45,862 nt of DNA from positions 1 to 45,862 of the forward strand of contig JAZDEU010000020.1 of assembly GCA_043808545.1 (NCBI GenBank), written 5' to 3'. The notes beneath the pieces are model-generated. The model did not search any database, was not told the origin of the DNA, and worked only from the letters and a program-made list of their open reading frames with translations. This DNA comes from a bacterium (GTDB taxonomy: Bacteria > Patescibacteriota > Patescibacteriia > JAZDEU01). This document shows, one piece after another, positions 42,222 through 45,862 of this stretch. How positions within the stretch are numbered: position 1 is the stretch's first letter; each line of letters begins with the position of its first letter. The position numbers and the translations under genes were made by a program.

Positions 42222-45146
42222 TTATTCGCAATCGCAATTTACCATAACACCGTTAGATATTACTATTCCATCCTCTGGCGCAACAGATACTTTTGAAATA
42301 GCTCCATATCCGCTCACTGCTTTAATCGCAATTTCTAATTTTTTTCCGTCGCAATCGCAGTTATTAGGAATGTCAACATAAATGTCAACTATTAAATCTT
42401 CGCCATTATTTATCGTGAGGTTCGTATTGAAAATATTAAATTCTGGGAATGGATTTTCTATCTTTCCTAATGTTTTTCCGCCTGAAACAAGTTTTAAATT
42501 TTTAAATCCGTTTAGATAGGAAATTCTGTTTGAATCGTCAGAAGTTGCAAGCGTTAATTGTGTTATTTTAACATTATCTTCTTTTGCTGAAAGTTTAAAA
42601 CTTCCTATCTTAGCATTATTCACAGGTTTTACTTCCCCGCCGTTAAAATTATTATTTTTTTCTATGTTAAATCCTAACTTTTTTATCTGAACTTCATTGC
42701 CGCTTGTTTGCAAACCTTCTACAAAAGGTTTTGCGTAGGAATTTCCTCCAAAAGCATCTATATTTGAAATAACCAGATTTGTTAAAGTTCCTTCAGCTGT
42801 CGGATATGTATCAGCATATAATTTTATTGTAAGTGAAGTTCCAGCTGGAATTTTGTAAGGTTTATTAAATGTAAATACTGACGGAATGTTTAAAGCATAG
42901 CTTACGCTGGTATTTCCTAAATTTAATCTTATGTTATAAAATCCATTTGTCGGATCAACAGCGTCATATCCTTCTTTCGGTTTTAGGCTTAAACTTTTTA
43001 TATACATATCTTCTGATTGATTAGCAATTATTTTAAAGGATGCTAAATTTATATCTTTTGCGCCCGCTATGTAATAACTGGAAGTATATAAAGGATCTAT
43101 GTAAAGCGCGGAATTTTTTATTGTAACAATATTGCTTCTTACGGTTTCAAATTTTATGTCATAGATATCGCTTTGCAAATCTTTAAATCCGAATTTATCT
43201 AAAGTAAATAGATATGTGGTATTTGCGGCGGCGGCATTTTTTATGTTGCCAGTTATATTTAATGTTAATACTTGCTGAGCTTTTATATTTATTTCAGGAG
43301 TAAAATATAGATCCATCTTTTTTTCTTTAGCAAGAATTCCCGCGTCTAATGTAAATAAAACCTCCCCGGAATAAGAGTTTATTATTTTCACATCTCCTTC
43401 TAACGGAGTTCCTGCATATTCAAAAGACAAGGACATCGTTTTTAAAGAAATATCAGCATTTATCCCTCGTATTTTAAATAACGCTAAAGATTTATTTTCC
43501 GCTCCAGCGACAGTTTCTTTTGTTGAATTTTCATCCAAATATATGAATAAAGCGGCTTTCTTTAAGCTTAATTTATTAACAAATTGCGTTGCAGAAGAAA
43601 TAATAGCAGAGTTTATTTCTACTTGAGAATTCGCTCCTTTTGTTATTACGAATGAAGAATCAGGTATGATAAATTCAAATTCTTTATTTCCTTTTCCAGC
43701 AATGTCTGCTCTTAAGGCGATCGCGCGCGAAGAACTCTTTTTTATTTTTAACGGATTATAGTTTAAATTAAATAAAACTGTCCCATCTTTTTGCATCCAG
43801 ACGGATGTCACTAATATTTTATTATTATCGTCTATTAAATCAAGATTGATTAAATCAGAATATAAAATATTGCCGCGCGCTTTAAATCCTATTTTAGTAA
43901 GAAGAATATCTTCATTTTTTGATGTTTCTTCTATTTTAAATGCCGCTAATGTTTGATCTTTTGCTCCTTGATTTATTTCATGATAGTTTAATGGAATTGC
44001 AGTTATCTTTCCAAATCCTAAAATTTTAGATCCATTGATCATCTGTTTGACTGTTCCAGAGATAGGGAAGGACGAAGAAATTAAAGAATCTGTTTTTATG
44101 TCGCTAGCTTCATTTATTCCAAAACCGATAGTCCTGTACTGCGCGTCTGCATTATTAGTTATGCTTGCTTTTATGGTTAATGTTTTACTTTCTCCTTCGG
44201 CTAAAATTATTGGCTCAGAAAAAAAGAATTCCGCTTTTTTATTGTAAGGAGTTGTTTTATAAGTGAAATAATTATTAGCGGTATCAATTAAATAGACGGA
44301 AGAAACATCTTCATTTGAGGATACGCCCAAAAATGCAATAATAAGTCTAGTGATTTTAGTTTCTCCTTTAGCAGAAGTTAATGTTATTTTTGTAAATTCT
44401 CCAGTAGAACCTGTCGGGATAACAGTATCTTTTGGCGAGTCATTTGATAAAGAAACATTTAATAAACCGTGTTCTTCATTTTTTGAAATAGAATTTTCAG
44501 AAAGATTTAAAACAGGATTATTTGTGGTTATTTTTAAGTCAGATACAGGTTCTGCCAATACATAACCTTCTAAGTCTTTTTTGCTCACCTCTAAAATATC
44601 TTCCCATTTATATCCTAAATTAGTAAATATTTCAGAAGAGGGAACTAATCTTCGCGCATTTTTTTCAATAATATAAACCGCAGAGTCATTTTGCGTTTTT
44701 ATTAAATCAGCGTTTTTATACGCGTCTAGATTTTTCTCGCTGATAATTCTAATATCTTCCCATTTATTGCCATAATCTAAAAATATTTCAGCGTTTAAAT
44801 ATGCCTTTTTTATTTTTTTATTAAAATTTATATAATAGACAGTATCATCATTTACTAATTTTACTGATTTTACATTATGATAAGAGTTTAATTCTTTTTC
44901 GGAAACGGTCTTTATGTCGCTCCATTTATAGCCATGGCTATTAAAAACATATTCATTAGGCATGAGATTTTTTTCACCGTCAAGAACAGAGTAAACAGCA
45001 TGATTATTAGCTGTCTTTATAAGTTTTTGGGCAGGAGTTATAGTTCCAGCAGCTAAAGCTATGCTGGAATTTGCAAATAATAAAATAATGCCGAACAGCG
45101 CGGCTATAAAAAAGATTGCTATAATTTTTCCTAAGTCTTCTAACAT
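42222..45146 (-). CDS. 974-aa secreted/surface protein with three N-terminal ~50-aa repeats and at least five ~100-aa beta-sandwich-like repeats
   Basis: Signal/TM segment IFFIAALFGIILLFA. The motif G(Y/N)KW(S/E)DI..(V/I)S(E/K)K.L..Y occurs three times. A periodic pattern ..(A/S)FK(I/L)...ED(I/V)..(K/S)(I/L)...L.(I/V)....G..L.I follows. Confidence 0.55.
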   Translation of the reverse strand: MLEDLGKIIAIFFIAALFGIILLFANSSIALAAGTITPAQKLIKTANNHAVYSVLDGEKNLMPNEYVFNSHGYKWSDIKTVSEKELNSYHNVKSVKLVNDDTVYYINFNKKIKKAYLNAEIFLDYGNKWEDIRIISEKNLDAYKNADLIKTQNDSAVYIIEKNARRLVPSSEIFTNLGYKWEDILEVSKKDLEGYVLAEPVSDLKITTNNPVLNLSENSISKNEEHGLLNVSLSNDSPKDTVIPTGSTGEFTKITLTSAKGETKITRLIIAFLGVSSNEDVSSVYLIDTANNYFTYKTTPYNKKAEFFFSEPIILAEGESKTLTIKASITNNADAQYRTIGFGINEASDIKTDSLISSSFPISGTVKQMINGSKILGFGKITAIPLNYHEINQGAKDQTLAAFKIEETSKNEDILLTKIGFKARGNILYSDLINLDLIDDNNKILVTSVWMQKDGTVLFNLNYNPLKIKKSSSRAIALRADIAGKGNKEFEFIIPDSSFVITKGANSQVEINSAIISSATQFVNKLSLKKAALFIYLDENSTKETVAGAENKSLALFKIRGINADISLKTMSLSFEYAGTPLEGDVKIINSYSGEVLFTLDAGILAKEKKMDLYFTPEINIKAQQVLTLNITGNIKNAAAANTTYLFTLDKFGFKDLQSDIYDIKFETVRSNIVTIKNSALYIDPLYTSSYYIAGAKDINLASFKIIANQSEDMYIKSLSLKPKEGYDAVDPTNGFYNIRLNLGNTSVSYALNIPSVFTFNKPYKIPAGTSLTIKLYADTYPTAEGTLTNLVISNIDAFGGNSYAKPFVEGLQTSGNEVQIKKLGFNIEKNNNFNGGEVKPVNNAKIGSFKLSAKEDNVKITQLTLATSDDSNRISYLNGFKNLKLVSGGKTLGKIENPFPEFNIFNTNLTINNGEDLIVDIYVDIPNNCDCDGKKLEIAIKAVSGYGAISKVSVAPEDGIVISNGVMVNCDCE

Positions 45147-45337
45147 ATATAATAAAAGTCAAAAGTCAAAAGTCAAAACTGCACACACTTAACTATTTAT
45201 TCCACCTTTGTTCGTAATACTAAATAATAGCACAATATAATAAAAGTGTCAAGTATTGAATCTGTTTTATGCTTAGATAAGCCAAAAACAAAAAAACATC
45301 CTATAATATTGGATGCTGTGTAAAAAGAAAGGAGGTG

Positions 45338-45625
45338 GAAAGGAGGCTAGCTTTATGGTTGCGTAGCCTCTCTTTCCGAATAGCGAGCAGAGGAATAGCT
45401 CGGCTTATTTTTTTAAGGGAGGAAGAAGGTTAACGAAAATATCTATAAATATTGTGGTATTAACCTTCTTCCTTTTGTTCCGGGAGGAGAAAAATTGAAT
45501 TTTAAGATTTGGGGGAGAGGTTGATATCCTAAAATTTTTCTCCTTCCTTTTCCCTAGGGAACAATGTACGATTTTAAAAGAGTAGCGGGGAGGTGCTAAA
45601 AAAGATGTTTATTTCCCCCGCTACT
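45338..45625 (+). other. stack of strong hairpins with GGAGG-containing 5' arms; candidate structured RNA, terminator stack or leader
   Basis: Stems: 45338-45349/45364-45376; 45421-45433/45460-45472 (13 bp perfect); 45482-45496/45533-45547; 45581-45590/45616-45625. Each 3' arm is followed by T-rich sequence. Confidence 0.4.
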
Positions 45626-45862
45626 TATTGCAGAAAAAGGAGCTTATCATGAAAACATATTTTACTTATAGCACAATAATTTTTTTTTTGCAAGAGGGGT
45701 ATTTTAGAACTATGATCTTACTGGGACTGTCGCCCAAATAAATTTTTGGTAAAAAACTAACAGCGCTTAACAAAATTATCTTAAATCTTGTTAACCTTTG
45801 TTAACTTTTTATCATTTTTACTCTTTTTTATCTCTTTTAAAACATAATAATCCCTTGACGGG

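Noticed and set aside
45760-45862. TTATC / TTGTTAAC words at the window edge considered as DnaA boxes / oriC
   Set aside because: There is no match to TTATCCACA-type 9-mers, no dnaA or dnaN nearby, and the sequence is truncated by the window end.
1-45862. Alternative genetic code (UGA recoding, as in Gracilibacteria/Absconditabacteria)
   Set aside because: Long motif-complete ORFs are obtained with code 11, and TGA is used as a terminator (for example in hypD and the lipoprotein gene). The single in-frame stop seen (13963) is TAA, not TGA.
1-45862. Diversity-generating retroelement, retron or other reverse-transcriptase-based system
   Set aside because: No ORF in any frame shows reverse-transcriptase motifs (such as YxDD), and I found no template/variable repeat pair.

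Overview
This is a low-GC window: hand counts of sample lines give about 20-35% GC outside one island. It looks like a streamlined Candidate Phyla Radiation / Patescibacteria (Parcubacteria-like) chromosome. That placement is an inference from gene content: tandem TrbC/VirB2-like pilin mini-proteins, giant repeat-rich surface proteins, almost no Shine-Dalgarno motifs, and many small hairpin and word repeats. Standard code 11 gives long clean ORFs. I found no rRNA, tRNA, CRISPR array or reverse transcriptase.

Housekeeping content:
- epmA, hypD (with no hyp partners in the window), and a phosphohexomutase.
- A compact pyrimidine-deoxynucleotide block: P-loop kinase, ndk, folA, thyA, dcd and dCMP deaminase, with pyrG 7 kb away.
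- ftsEX, two S11 D,D-carboxypeptidase paralogs (one fused to an RlpA-like DPBB domain), and dnaE.
- HIT, RNHCP, DUF192 and a SAM-methyltransferase.

Accessory or odd content:
1. A MntA/HepT type VII toxin-antitoxin pair is followed by a 2.4-kb two-gene cassette. The cassette is bracketed by a perfect 39-bp duplication of the hepT 3' end. It encodes a protein with an L,D-transpeptidase/Tlde1-like C-terminus and a membrane-anchored tandem-domain partner. This is my best candidate for an undescribed toxin/immunity-type system.
2. One gene, an OmpA_C-like lipoprotein carrying a 63-bp tandem repeat, has about twice the GC of its surroundings.
3. An orphan, P-loop-less, C-terminally truncated V/A-ATPase A-subunit homolog is still kept as a 355-codon ORF.
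4. A complete 946-bp IS5-family element has 17-bp inverted repeats, a 3-bp target duplication and an A6G -1 frameshift site. It sits two codons before the stop of a Bro-N gene.
5. A 270-bp MITE-like element abuts a truncated NUDIX gene.
6. Several families of small palindromes, hairpins and AT-rich word repeats occur both in intergenic DNA and in frame inside essential genes.
7. A stack of GGAGG-armed hairpins lies at the right edge of the window.

All protein calls rest on motif recognition by eye. No searches were run.
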